Below, one piece after another: positions 26,401 through 31,872 of a DNA stretch of 64,000 nt; position 1 is the first letter of the stretch, and each line of letters opens with the position of its first letter. The translations under genes were made by a program, and so were the position numbers. The stretch lies in the IMG/VR virus record IMGVR_UViG_3300029286_000013. One strand, given 5' to 3'. Source of the DNA: a virus. Below the pieces are notes generated by a model, which was not told where the DNA came from, did no database searches, and worked only from the letters and a program-made list of their open reading frames with translations.

Positions 26401-27702
26401 GCATATGATCCTACAGCAAATGCAATTAACGATCCAGTAACAATAGTATCAACTTGGACTGGTGGTGGATATGTTTGGTTAGATAAGACATTCACAATTA
26501 CAACTACTCTTGCTACTGCCACAACTGCATCTAATGACAGAATAACAGTATCTAGTTCACTTGAATTAATATTAGGAACACCAATTATCTTTACTGGTTC
26601 TGACTTATTGGGAGGATTGGAATCTGAAGTTACTGCTGGCAGTTTTACAGAAGGCAATACATATCAAATCAATAGTCAAGGTACTACTGACTTCACACTA
26701 ATAGGTGCATTGAATAATAATGTAGGAACTAACTTTGTTGCAACAGGAGTTGGTACAGGTACAGGAACTGCTACTGCAATTTATTATGTATATGATAAAC
26801 CTTCTGCAACAACCTTTAGAGTCACTGCGGTTCGTGATGGTGATGTATTTGCATTGACTAATGACACTGGTTCAATGAACGTATCACAGTGGGAACAAGG
26901 CAATGTTGATAGACTATGGGTAACTATAAATGGTTATCGTATTCCATCAAGTGCATTGAGATTAAATCCTGATAATAATTTAAGTATACTATCAACAGTT
27001 GAGCCAGGTGATGTTGTAATTATTACAAGTATGATACCAACAGCAACACCTAATCAAGCAGTATATCTACAAAATGTTAACAAGACCGGAGTACCGTCTG
27101 TATACAGAGCAAACTCATTAACAAGAACTTGGTTGACTGAAACCCTACAAGATACTGACGATACTATCTATGTAGAAGATGTGACTATGATTACAGAAAC
27201 TATCATTCAAAATGAAACTGCTCCTGCTGAGATTGACGGAATTATAAGCATTGGTCTTGAGGGTGACAAACAGGCAATTTGTCAGGTAATTGTATACAAC
27301 AATGACACTACTCAGACTGTTGACCCTGCAGATTATTATATTGCAGTTGAGGCAACAGCTCCGATACTTAAAATAACTGGTGGGGTTTCTGGAGGTGAGT
27401 TGTTAACAATTACAGTCATATTGGGTAATTTGATATATGTTAACGGTGAGCAGATTGGATTTACCACAGTAAACTTTGACACAAACACAGTGACAGGATT
27501 GCAACGTGGTGCTAACGGAACAGGAGAACAGACATTTATTCCTAAATATTCTGAAGTTTATGGTATATTGTCATCTAATAAACTACCTACTGTTTATAAC
27601 GCACTTACTTGGAATTCGTACAACTATAATCTAGTAGACGGTGATCCATTACAAATTAGTACGACATTTAGTGCTAATTTCTTAAATGCTGATGTTCCAT
27701 AA
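8488..27702 (+). CDS. Giant (6404 aa) multidomain baseplate/tail-associated structural or adhesin protein
   Basis: Uninterrupted 19.2 kb ORF in the gp7 position after gp6; Thr/Ser/Asn/Gly-rich; contains propeller-like repeats and many small beta-rich repeats. Confidence 0.75.
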   Translation: MAARIRTLNFLPEIFQTPTNSQFLGATLDQIVDQPNTMRIEGYIGSKFGYGINAKDNYVVEPTKVRRDYQLDPGVVFTKTNTNTAKDFISYPGIIDALKLEGALTDNNDRLFNSEFYSWDSFTNLDKIINFNQYYWLPTGAPSVNISTDIVYTATDYTVRSLPNGYNISSDVNPAGTTNPTLTLIRGGTYTFTVNQPTEFWIQGKPGITGYDPQQLNLQTRDVLGVENNGTTTGVVIFTVPYKNAQDEYNFPGNNLVDVVSTTPFDQINGQLLSDVGNIDGVTGLEGLTVMFYNTGVVDEQGFTSKFYDTTLFDEDGGASYTPPGTSADFNNFEGGFYTDVSATFYTITYVGDPSDPVLRLVPASNIPTNEKITANYGTEWKARNFFRNTSGSINLVPYLSAILDTLYYQDGTSANKVGIIRLIESNSTNQIDITEILGQQQYTSPNGVVFTNGLKVSFSGDIFPTSYKDGEYYVEGVGTAIELLNVADLITPEPFTEGAYTPFDSLPYDIGNYDSTLYIPVYQDYITIARNSIDKNAWSRSNRWFHIDVINATATYNNNPAIATIYATQDNKAKRPIIEFYPNLRLFNNGVVGKDPIDFFDDRTTDAFTLVAGQENYWPDVETYTAYTATIAGVTGTSTTITIAASDVTGTFQVGQYISDTTNVLPRNTQITTITGTSTLTLTVTWDTSTTIPATTGSSLVANDLSNDNYSLYDGARIVFSADTNENVRNKIYVVRFSDIQGTGTPVITLTEASDGLVLPLECTFAFKGYNNEGKDFYFDGIEWLIAQQKTTVNQAPYFDIFDNDGISFGNTDVYVGTSFAGNKLFSYGIGSGIKDIVLGFPLRYSAVNNVGDISFDVPLNSETFNYVSGTNPITQKVNTGYVYNYTSGTTVVRQLGWQTAVAESRQYQIFSFNYVASEATTTYTCDIAASTNTVWPNIQVYVNNVLQDTSTYTFTITDNTTVVNFTVPNPLIDTVVEITLLSDQVSPTAYYQIPINLQNNPFNDDVSVVNVGDIRGQYQSIFYNNPNTTGDVFGSNNYRDLGNLVPWGNKIIQNSASLALPGSLLRSQNNNLINSLQYNSQQYITFRSLLVYTIDRTEYNIYQTPATILDDALDQITQNKTESEPFFWSDMLPSKAAYATNTYTFANSLDTSIYPLTRIYNFDTANYYGVLVYLTTTVDNFTSTQQLIVNQDYTVSTDTPSLTITKDLSAGDIVTIKEYNQTFGSYVPNTPTKLGLYPSFIPGVVLDSNYSQPTYFIQGHDGSYTKLYGEYIDGNLVDFRDQALLEFESRVYNNLKLTDIVPITEYDVIPGFFRTTNYSYDEVLQIYSQYFLNWVGQNRIEYKKQFYQPNDQFSYNYTQSGNRINGQPIPQGFWRGIYEYFYDTSTPNTTPWEMIGFTNQPTWWTDRYGAAPYTSDNLVLWGDMAAGINWNNGDPIVLPEFIREELLSVIPVDGAGNLLSPFDAVMGNYNFRTFRNEWAVGDVGPVEFSYRRSSSWPFDLMKILALTKPAKFFNLGFDVDNYKFSTEFNQYLVNNRSHLVISDVAIYGNGTAKTSYINWIVDYEKQVGINATQNITDLFDNLDVRLIYRLAGFSDKSLLGFYVEKGTPNSRNASLLIPDESYSVVLYDNVPITTVIYSGVVVQSTNAGWKVFGNSQDTAYFTTVTPKINGNYNKVTVGNISVQLANDYTENKTNIVPYGTEFLDLQSLSQFIANYGRYLLTQGVLFDQIESGIDVNWRQMVTELLYWAQSGWETGSLINLNPAANLITINKDSHIVQPLTLQRQNFILNQNFYPIQSNELSVTRDSTFFSATPLNEGDTVAYGQFNISNFEHGIVFDNVTVFNDVLYNLVTGLRQNRILTRGTKSADWNGTIDAQGFILNQNNIEEWSTNQKYTRGSIVKYKNKYWFALKVLNAKEIFEEQYWKETDYNEIQKGLLPNSSTRSYEATLFYDTNKTNLDQDSDLLSWSLIGYRPRDYLALADLTDITQVNVYKNLIKEKGTRIAANSFKGLNLPQGGIDYDVYENWAIKTGEFGGVLNNNFVDFRLNQNQLTGNPSIVGLTTGVYTDGVEQEVPLYSVFNYGRPINNPNVLPTLPSDTPNRVFPDAGYTNFNDVKISSYYYNGLNTATTPLSHLYVNEYVWLADYNSTWQVYTPTSAGQVVGAINNLNGTVTLQFATPHNLTKYQPFAIINFNSNIDGYRIVATVVDPFRVTILLSLSSALTTITGEGVAMKFSSQRVATPSDINNLPLLDSEFVKNKVWVDENDDGSWAVYRKSLNYVYEDELLKTNSLTYGSAVAQTSNLGYLISDAETGVAYRYSYSSVFDSYSIVQTITEGISFGSTIAYSDNLFVISQPTGAAYTDRKVYIYDLVINNLLNELQEVQVIESPDDDSVTNWGSSIALSGDQNWLYISAYEQNLVYVYRKSDLTTLYELSDTITVAGLSAGDSFGYSIATNYYGNIVAVSAPENDTVVADLGTAYSFERLVQTFEAPFTSSPFAPQTFSLIFTPITTPVTVTDTNAGTDRFTCTDSSVLTVGYPIVFTGTVFGGVSLNTVYYVLAKPSGTTFTVSTERGGSTLQLITDTGSMSAVQQTEPIFVSVNGTLIDDNEYGVVGTNINVYQSLTAGDIITVSGSEFVLTQEFTSVDANPEVGTNFGYSLDVDTYANELLIGAPFEINSQNAEGAVYRYTYGGSSYGIVTGTTECNVTAATTILVNGYAVNIPAGNATAAANAITSANITNVTASASNNILTIQVISVDLAFINAKLTVSVLDADVLDQLGIQLYTQTQLINDPHSQGRTQFGSTIKFNSSGSFVVSAPASARYAETTFDASDDENYDNDTLFDNNTTQFIDSFVNAGAVYMYDYLPVYNENVNNSGAYVYAQSVNALNEDYGSQPYYGTALDFNNNSVIIGTPNFRPGYDNGQVVIYNNSSGESDWIVYRNSAPIVDTDAIQNVQLYSVSTNNTLDNLDYIDPLQGKLLGAVRENLDIVSNTDPANYNSPDATNKGSTVWGPGQLGKLWFDTSTTRFVNYHQSDDVVYNSKWWGRVFPGSDVKVYSWVTSDVEPIVYQGPGTPRSIDDYAIEYRLNSTGALVPVYYYWVRNTNIVFNQIGKTLSDTICESYIATPLSTGISYMAAIQPNVFGLYNCGSNINATDTALHIGFATGTNDDVSHSVYSLIRSNYADDFLPGLPGIGDTVVPESLYNRMLESFSGVNQTGAVVPDPFLPKPVQSGILVRPRQSFFYNRFKALENYLQFYNTVLAQYPLAETSSLKFLFTEGAINPSTVDNPNWPGAPELFYNTQDYWELINWWAPGYNDNTKSAMLVESYYDLAPINAQLGLIVTVNKNGDGLQETYVYDGIEWVRIGLQNGTIQFSSSLWDYAEARIGFGDNFFDTTPFDTFPSEETRSIIRAVNEELPSNLLLFRNKSLILMFNYIVSETIESQNYLPWLNKTSFIDVAHTIRELLPLEVFQSDNQEFLAGYLNEAKPYHVVIKDFLFKYTGTNVYEGEITDFDLPAQYNTQFQQYITPELVYANPSSINQYLPTDPIWQTQPYINWFNNQGLSITGVNDYPITLLLSYLTLNSISMVVDNVYGFPTTGVILIGEEEIAYSSVDRAYSTLSGLTRGVNGTTITNHLPGEQIIIDLPPVLLLNGGRGYAEPPKVTAYIDTTIYPAPRRAAILQPVMNLDTILRIDVIDPGEGYQVLPEIRIDPSEIVTFASTDVDVLTNTITLQTQFVQTGDLIQYYVGTDTTAVGGLDDGQYYYLAVLENTPFYVVALYTSYANALQDHDRVVLTNTGTGSNNNIAVSARASCVSTSLPTRENIITLRFDRTTYDSQVTEWAPDNFYGSFYAGLFNNSTRIASSAITLEQTQPPVNDILASAQGATFEIQDITNDQVLTWSSFIRQVGETVAANDAVRLTYDSTQPNASGSTIGFYVGMPVKFVGAVGPVITNNTTYYVAEVINESDFSISTTVSGSVLPLTDYTVTAAGLSCYAGEVTNTAIVTIAYPGILDVTATELTTNFITTPTLPTGTAGTSGFYVGLPVYFVGNVFGGIIENETYYIITVIDSETFTISTTNDPLILTATNTTVTTNLVTVGSTLELSVNDPIIFTGTMFGGLVAGQIYYVASIYNGTQITLSSTINGPVTTLSTATGSCTLTSQTTAVQLTTATGSMTMNVGLPVSPGQVTGQLFTFYPTVASVGTGVSGTNGNLVTRDTVAATSNGDYLYLRYLSGGLTNIYNNLPFVLSESIGGLTAGDTYYVVSNGALAVEVASSSSSTNEYTLASGTLTTGFYIGMPISFSGAVFGNVVALVTYFINSYDLGGDTFTITDTIGGSDLVLTTDNGQMTLTADNPYITLTDTLGDPAIGLTDEILETVFTQDPISSPTFNVGKKLGGYTIDIVNPGSGYTFDNTITISGTDLGGTSPLNDLVLTVSGIDVIVANTNPNYDFLLPVESDGNVTSVIGSGTPAGIVRQYYLKVISATQCEVYANPLLNVPVNGLVLETEYTLGDYVFLPEPFYFNQSIVKYNNQVWQCIISNNDNEFIIGKWELLNSGSRKLNELDRIIGYYDPTVNMPGVDLTQLIEGITYPNSTYLDNAFAPEDQYTLDTILQDQPFYPTSVDTVAISWNGTTYVAAANTPEYSASLLSVDASSWAINKLVNIPVNASDIIYANGLFVIVCESATTPIYTSTDGIVFTTAGGAFTPYDATPYSINNYDSTLLSVESTSLSSVAYGNAIWIAVGENIVLSTDTFSWAQVDTFTNGLVNNLNSVTYVNIPSYVGFISVGNGQEIISGSTQGTSVIKISSDGYVWTTLPIVSYKGFNGVTSSSSMIVAVGEDGVIYTSLNGTNWFGLNESNIISVNASTNVINVGSTTGFQVGNTVRFTQSFNVISSGTTYYVVDVTSSTQLKVSTTSGGSPITLNATNPPSTTFMYIYPTGPTLNDVLYANSLFMAVGNTGTIKTSSDGYTWTIKTSGTTKDLNGITYNSIDGEWIVVGDDNAIITSTNNGNTWISSSVFETAPTVYDVQGDAFTAGYGPEELVPGVVSDNLTMIVTTRPGTDWDTSIYGHAGYNVVSTEIVPDSGQTEFSFEGVVENPANISLFDITTATNTSIRIYDFTVDWVNKVVTIGTALAVDHTLRLDVYEVGNGNQLVKANSQTIPFVDNISTGFVEMPLNCNYSADRFNGSGVIRPNTDPKSVNAIETDAIDNGIVCESVDYFAVNAPITFQGAVFGGIVSGTTYWIKTISYITNKITISASVSGGIAGPTFDVTSATGIMLVNIQSTNGLVWTDPILIHNGTNLVLGEQGIVSETNSGTNTIVVNSTDHYEVGDTIVFSDAIDTGSFVSSGLIAQQQYYITSIVGNEFTVSLTSSGTNVTLANATGIALCVTNDYAIAIADEGITAKIVFANQYTQANDFVVLSVFGETAPVQYGYTVPEVELFELTTAVTEFTLSNYVGGDNAKNAIVEHNGRRLVETSDYTIDFNTETLSLNFGTSAGDTVAVTSYNLTDRQYLHTTYGGTFSGSTTNSFFIGSTTHTPGYDANITAGQFLVGSEYVITKVGTTDFTLIGSTQINAGSFVIGTSYTIDGLGTTDFTLIGATQVAAGSFVIGNVYIINSIGTTDFTLIGASSNTIGLEFVATGVGTGTGTALNNIFVATGIGSGTGTSLESLFTASGAGTGTGTAAIGFDGGVITTAGSFTIGATYEILTVGTTNFTLIGSVDNNVGTMFTATGVGTGTGTAGTGLYSPGPDYLTLSSGNTNSLNINDAITFTGTTFGGIVANQTYYVVNIISSTEFAVSETPGGSAIQLTTDFGSMIGITNPPTVAPISGVDNLITAPITVGITSTTITTNVVTCSSTIGFSPGQPIMFKRSNPATPYGNILCDGTVYFIKTVVNGFDFTISETPSGPVMVQVTTSGAILAEVSGNPAVSITTGVPHNLAENDIVRIDGTLGSVQLNNNTYYAKIISATQIALYNSAYDPTANAINDPVTIVSTWTGGGYVWLDKTFTITTTLATATTASNDRITVSSSLELILGTPIIFTGSDLLGGLESEVTAGSFTEGNTYQINSQGTTDFTLIGALNNNVGTNFVATGVGTGTGTATAIYYVYDKPSATTFRVTAVRDGDVFALTNDTGSMNVSQWEQGNVDRLWVTINGYRIPSSALRLNPDNNLSILSTVEPGDVVIITSMIPTATPNQAVYLQNVNKTGVPSVYRANSLTRTWLTETLQDTDDTIYVEDVTMITETIIQNETAPAEIDGIISIGLEGDKQAICQVIVYNNDTTQTVDPADYYIAVEATAPILKITGGVSGGELLTITVILGNLIYVNGEQIGFTTVNFDTNTVTGLQRGANGTGEQTFIPKYSEVYGILSSNKLPTVYNALTWNSYNYNLVDGDPLQISTTFSANFLNADVP
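15360..17260 (+). repeat. FG-GAP-like beta-propeller blade repeats in the giant protein
   Basis: YGSAVA, FGSTIA, WGSSIALSGD, FGYSIA..VSAP, FGYSLDVD..LIGAP, FGSTIK..VSAP, YGTALD..IGTP, mostly followed by G-x-V/A-Y-x-Y/F strands. Boundaries approximate. Confidence 0.6.
22345..23520 (+). repeat. BNR/Asp-box-like propeller repeats (VAVGxxGxIxTSxDGxxW)
   Basis: IYTSTDGIVF, KISSDGYVW, VAVGEDGVIYTSLNGTNW, MAVGNTGTIKTSSDGYTW, IVVGDDNAIITSTNNGNTW. Confidence 0.65.
25105..26780 (+). repeat. Five copies of a ~48-aa Gly/Thr module (AGSFxxGxxYxIxxxGTTDFTLIG...FxATGVGTGTGTA), three of them nested
   Basis: Three N-halves followed by three C-halves at ~25105-25527; intact copies at ~25552-25695 and ~26629-26778. 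Confidence 0.8.
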
Positions 27703-27717
27703 GAGATAAATAAGTAA

Positions 27718-27867
27718 ATGAATAATAATCAAGAAAATAGAATAGAAGACAAACCGGAAGTTGGACCAAAGCCCGATGAGTCCGGCGGTTTCTATTTTTC
27801 ATCATTTCTAAAAATAACAGATCCAAACACTAAAGAAGTTTTGGTTCAAACACGGGGCGATAACTAA
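27718..27867 (+). CDS. Small 49-aa protein missing from the ORF track (MNNNQENRIEDKPEVGPKPDESGGFYFSSFLKITDPNTKEVLVQTRGDN)
   Basis: Fills the gap between the giant gene and 27867; preceded by GATAAATA; stop overlaps the next start (TAATG); C-terminus resembles the N-terminus of the next protein. Confidence 0.7.
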   Translation: MNNNQENRIEDKPEVGPKPDESGGFYFSSFLKITDPNTKEVLVQTRGDN

Positions 27868-28487
27868 TGTCAGGAATACAATTAACATATAAAATTGAAG
27901 GCTTTTTGAAAGTCTACGATCCCAATAACGGGGAAGTGTTCGTGGATAAACATAATGCCATTAATTATGAAAATATGTCAGAAGCAATTGCTGACACATT
28001 AAGTAGTCGTGGCTACGGAGAAATCTATCAAATGGCATTTGGTAATGGTGGTGCGTCAGTTGACGAAACCGGAGTTATCACTTATTTGCCCCCAAATACA
28101 ACAGGTCAGAATGCGGCACTATACAATCAAACCTACGCTAAAATCGTAGATGATACAAGTGTTTTTAATCTTGACCCTACAAGAAATAAAATGACTGTAT
28201 CTCACACAACAGGCCGTGTATATACAGACATTTTGGTACAATGTTTACTAGACTACGGCGAGCCGTCAGGACAGGCAGCATTTGATAATAGCACACAAAC
28301 TGATTCAAGCTATATTTTTGACGAATTAGGTTTATTAGCAAACTATGGAACTGATAGTAACGGAAACGTTATTACACGATTATTGACGCACGTTATTTTT
28401 CACCCAGTCCAAAAGAGTTTAAATAGACAAATTCAGATAGATTATACTGTCAGAATCCAAGCACTAACGAACTTAGTGACGATATAA
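27867..28487 (+). CDS. Putative virion structural protein (tail/baseplate associated), 206 aa
   Basis: Position in the tail module; 'MAFGNGG...FDELGL...LLTHVIFHPVQKSLNRQIQIDYTVRI' resembles tail-collar/fibre-attachment-type domains. Confidence 0.5.
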   Translation: MSGIQLTYKIEGFLKVYDPNNGEVFVDKHNAINYENMSEAIADTLSSRGYGEIYQMAFGNGGASVDETGVITYLPPNTTGQNAALYNQTYAKIVDDTSVFNLDPTRNKMTVSHTTGRVYTDILVQCLLDYGEPSGQAAFDNSTQTDSSYIFDELGLLANYGTDSNGNVITRLLTHVIFHPVQKSLNRQIQIDYTVRIQALTNLVTI

Positions 28488-28519
28488 GATAAATAAAAGA
28501 GAACACCGGAGTAATATAA

Positions 28520-29752
28520 ATGGCATATACAATTGTAAAAAGTGATGGAACTGTTCTAACGACCATCGCTGACGGTACCATAAATACCACTAGCACTTCC
28601 GTAGGACTTCCTGGAAGAAACTTTGCTGGTTATGGTCAAACACTAGACACAAACTTTGTTCACCAACTAGAAAATTTTGCAGATACAACACCACCAGCTA
28701 ATCCGTTAACTGGTCAATTATGGTATAACACTAATGCAAACACATTGTATGTTTGCCCTACAGATGGATTATCAAACGCAAATGCGTGGGTGTCATTAGC
28801 TGTAAGTTCAGCAAACTCCACAACTACTTTTGGTTCAGTTCAAGTTACCGGTAATTTATCAGCAAATAATGTTACTGCTGTTAATAATGTTCAAGGCGCA
28901 AATGGAATTTTTACAAATATTTCTGTAAGTTCTACAGCAAATATTAGTTCAGGTACAGCAAACATTGGTACTGGTAATATTGGTTCATTGTTTACTCAAT
29001 CTATCAATGCAGGATCACAGTCAACCGCAGTAACATTAACAGGTGTATTAACTCAGAACGGTGCAGGTACTGCTAATAGCATTGCTGGTACAAGTATGTG
29101 GGTTACTGGTGGTAACTTAGTGGTAGGCGGAGTAGGTAGTCCCTTAGGTATTAGAACAGATGGTTATTATTATGCCAATGGCGCCAATATCAATTTTGGA
29201 GGCACTTACTCAAATAGTAATGTACAAGCACTTCTACCAGTATACAACGGCGCAATTCTTGCAACAACTGTTACATTAACAACATTAACAACTGGATCAA
29301 ATACAACAGCCGGTACAATGACAGGTAATTTCACACTAAGTGCAGGATCACGACTACAGTCAACTTATGCTGACTTGGCAGAACGCTTTGAAGCTGATGC
29401 TTTCTATGATGCAGGTACTGTTGTTGAGATGGGCGGAGACAAAGAAATTACTGCGGTGCAATACGAATTATCAGAAGATGTATTTGGTGTTGTATCGTCA
29501 ACTGCGGGTTACTTGATGAACGCTATGGCAGGTAATGATGACACCCATCCTGCAATTGCAGTTGGTGGACGAGTTCAAGTTAAGGTTATAGGTAAAGTTA
29601 AAAAAGGCCAGCGTTTAGTAAGCGCAGGCAATGGTATGGCACGTGCCGCACAAAAGGGTGAGGCAACTGCATTCAACACTATCGGTCGTTCATTGGAAGA
29701 TAAACTGACAGATGAAATAGGGGCCGTAGAAGCCTTCGTTAAAATAAATTAA
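28520..29752 (+). CDS. Tail fibre/spike-like protein with putative C-terminal intramolecular chaperone (autocleavage) domain
   Basis: N-terminal 'GRNFAGYGQTLDTNFVHQLENFA...PLTGQLWYN' attachment region, Asn/Thr/Gly-rich shaft, C-terminal 'YADLAERF...GTVV...GVVS...IAVGGRVQVKV.GKVKKGQRLVS' typical of peptidase-G2-like chaperone domains; GGAG SD. Confidence 0.65.
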   Translation: MAYTIVKSDGTVLTTIADGTINTTSTSVGLPGRNFAGYGQTLDTNFVHQLENFADTTPPANPLTGQLWYNTNANTLYVCPTDGLSNANAWVSLAVSSANSTTTFGSVQVTGNLSANNVTAVNNVQGANGIFTNISVSSTANISSGTANIGTGNIGSLFTQSINAGSQSTAVTLTGVLTQNGAGTANSIAGTSMWVTGGNLVVGGVGSPLGIRTDGYYYANGANINFGGTYSNSNVQALLPVYNGAILATTVTLTTLTTGSNTTAGTMTGNFTLSAGSRLQSTYADLAERFEADAFYDAGTVVEMGGDKEITAVQYELSEDVFGVVSSTAGYLMNAMAGNDDTHPAIAVGGRVQVKVIGKVKKGQRLVSAGNGMARAAQKGEATAFNTIGRSLEDKLTDEIGAVEAFVKIN

Positions 29753-29761
29753 GGATAAACA

Positions 29762-30715
29762 ATGAGTTACGCACAATATCAAACAATTGCAGCCGCAGAT
29801 TACAATGCTTTAGTTGGAGGAAACCCGGCTACAGCATCAGGAACATTGAATACTGTTTGGGCTACCGGTGGTACCACAGCTGGTTATGGTCAACCTGCAT
29901 TAGCAAACGTTGCAACCGGTGATACTATTTTAGCATCAAGTTGGGCTAATTTAGTAAATAGAACTGCAAATGCAGCCACACATCAGGGTACTTCTATCAC
30001 CAGCGTAACTGCCCCAGCAACAGGTGGAACAATTACATATCTTTCTGCTATTCCTACTAATCTAACAACCATTTATACAAGTAGATTGAATGCGGCAACG
30101 CAAAGCTCTACTACATCAAATACTGTAGTAGCCGGTGCCACTTGGACAAGTATTGCAACCTTTACGCAAACAGTTACTTTTGCAAACGGAGATGCGGCAC
30201 GTTACTTCTTTAATTCAGGTGGTCAATTAGCAATGACTGTATCACATGCTAATAATACTGCCGGTATCAATTTATTATTAAATAACTTGTGTTCTAATGT
30301 TGGTACAGTTGTATTGTCTGCTCCTACATCAGGTACAGTAACTATTGCTGGAACACCATATAGCGGTGTCACACGTATAGGTGGTGGTGGAAATTCACCA
30401 ACTATCAGTGCTAACAGCGGTTACTATGCACTAACAACAAGTAATGCTAATGTTTACTATCAAACAGCATCAACCGGCCCAGCAGGTTATCTATCAACTA
30501 ACATCAACATCTTTGTTAAGACAAATGGTACAGTTGGTAGTAATGGTGACGTTGGTAACGTTATTACAATCACTACAGTTTGGGATGAAATTCCAAACGG
30601 CTTAACAGTTGGTACAGGTTCAACAACAGTATTAACAGTTCGTCCACCAGAAGTTACTAATTTAGCCAATACATGGGGTACAATCTCATTGGCTGGTTCA
30701 GTTTCAGTATCTTAA
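29762..30715 (+). CDS. Thr/Ala/Gly-rich virion structural protein (fibre-like)
   Basis: Last gene of the tail module; AAGGA SD; 'GYGQ' and 'ARYFFNSGG' motifs; very few charged residues. Confidence 0.55.
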   Translation: MSYAQYQTIAAADYNALVGGNPATASGTLNTVWATGGTTAGYGQPALANVATGDTILASSWANLVNRTANAATHQGTSITSVTAPATGGTITYLSAIPTNLTTIYTSRLNAATQSSTTSNTVVAGATWTSIATFTQTVTFANGDAARYFFNSGGQLAMTVSHANNTAGINLLLNNLCSNVGTVVLSAPTSGTVTIAGTPYSGVTRIGGGGNSPTISANSGYYALTTSNANVYYQTASTGPAGYLSTNINIFVKTNGTVGSNGDVGNVITITTVWDEIPNGLTVGTGSTTVLTVRPPEVTNLANTWGTISLAGSVSVS

Positions 30716-30738
30716 TTTTTCAATAGATTGGTATCTAT

Positions 30739-30745
30739 CTAAATA
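30739..30745 (+). promoter_or_regulatory. Late-promoter-like element (CTAAATA) heading the enzyme cluster
   Basis: Same TAAATA core and intergenic placement as the elements before structural genes. Confidence 0.5.
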
Positions 30746-30766
30746 CTCTTAAGTCAGGAGTTATAG

Positions 30767-31072
30767 ATGGATACCAAAACCTTAATCAGCGAGGCTAAAG
30801 CCCGCTTCAATCTCAATACTGCCAAAGCGCAATTAAAAGACAAATACGATGGAAAACTAATACTAGCCGATCAAGGTGGGCTTTGGAAAGCCGACCCGGA
30901 AACAATTAATTTTTTAAATTCTTCAGATGATGAGGAGATGATTTTAATTGACAATTTTAATAATCCAGTTAACGTTAATAGAATCACTCTTTTAACCAAA
31001 CTTAAAGAAACCCGTACATCTATTATGCTAGCATGGTATAACGATTATAAAGAAATAGAGAACAAGAGATGA
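30767..31072 (+). CDS. Hypothetical protein, first gene of the enzyme cluster
   Basis: AGGAG SD and CTAAATA element upstream; ATGA overlap with the next gene. Confidence 0.7.
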   Translation: MDTKTLISEAKARFNLNTAKAQLKDKYDGKLILADQGGLWKADPETINFLNSSDDEEMILIDNFNNPVNVNRITLLTKLKETRTSIMLAWYNDYKEIENKR

Positions 31073-31872
31073 GTAGAGGGGCAATATTATTTGCATTCAA
31101 CTCGCCAAAGTTTGATTACTATAAAATGGCAGTTGCTACTGCAAAACGAATCAATCACTTTTTAGATATGCCTGTAACAGTTGTGACAGATGAATCTTCA
31201 GTTTCTAACGATCCTTACAAATTTGATAACACAATATTAGTTGAACCTGACAAAAGCAATAACAGAGACTGGGGAATTTGGATCAATAAAGGTCGCTATC
31301 AGGCGTATGAACTAAGTCCATACGATGAAACATTGTTGCTTGATACTGACTATATGGTCAACTCAAATAAGATACTAGACATATTTAATTATTATGATGA
31401 TTTCTGTTGTCACAATAAAACAAGTTATTTGATGCAACCTGGCTTAGTACAAGAAGTTCTTAGTGTTTATAGTTTTGAAACATTATGGGCTACTGTTGTT
31501 GCATTTAAAAAATCAAATCGTACTAAACAAATATTTGAATGTTTAGAAATGGTTCAGAAAAACTTTGAACATTACAGTAATTTACATGGATTCGTTGCTG
31601 GAACATTTAGAAATGATTATGCATTAACTCTTGCACTTAGAATAGTTAATGGACATACCTCAGTTGACCAAGATTTTATCCCGTGGAATTTAGTTCATTT
31701 AGGTCAAAAGAATGTACATATCTATAGAAATAATGACAATGAATTTAATAATCAATATACTATAATATATGATAATTGGCAACGAGGTAAAGTCAAAAAA
31801 GAATATACAACAATCAAAGACATGGATTTTCATGTGATGAATAAACTTAACTTTATGGAATTAATAGAATGA
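31069..31872 (+). CDS. GT-A fold glycosyltransferase (GT8/GT71-like)
   Basis: 'SRGAILFA' first strand; 'AYELSPYDETLLLDTD' with DxD motif; 'FRND' downstream. Confidence 0.7.
   Translation: MSRGAILFAFNSPKFDYYKMAVATAKRINHFLDMPVTVVTDESSVSNDPYKFDNTILVEPDKSNNRDWGIWINKGRYQAYELSPYDETLLLDTDYMVNSNKILDIFNYYDDFCCHNKTSYLMQPGLVQEVLSVYSFETLWATVVAFKKSNRTKQIFECLEMVQKNFEHYSNLHGFVAGTFRNDYALTLALRIVNGHTSVDQDFIPWNLVHLGQKNVHIYRNNDNEFNNQYTIIYDNWQRGKVKKEYTTIKDMDFHVMNKLNFMELIE

Larger units (their letters stand above)
16075..26880 (+). repeat. About 14 dispersed copies of a small beta-domain (consensus GxPIxFxGxxFGGLxxxxxYYV...xFTxSxxxGG)
   Basis: Examples: VGYPIVFTGTVFGGVSLNTVYYV, VGLPVYFVGNVFGGIIENETYYI, NDPIIFTGTMFGGLVAGQIYYV, NAPITFQGAVFGGIVSGTTYWI, NDAITFTGTTFGGIVANQTYYV. 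Copy number counted by eye. Confidence 0.7.
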
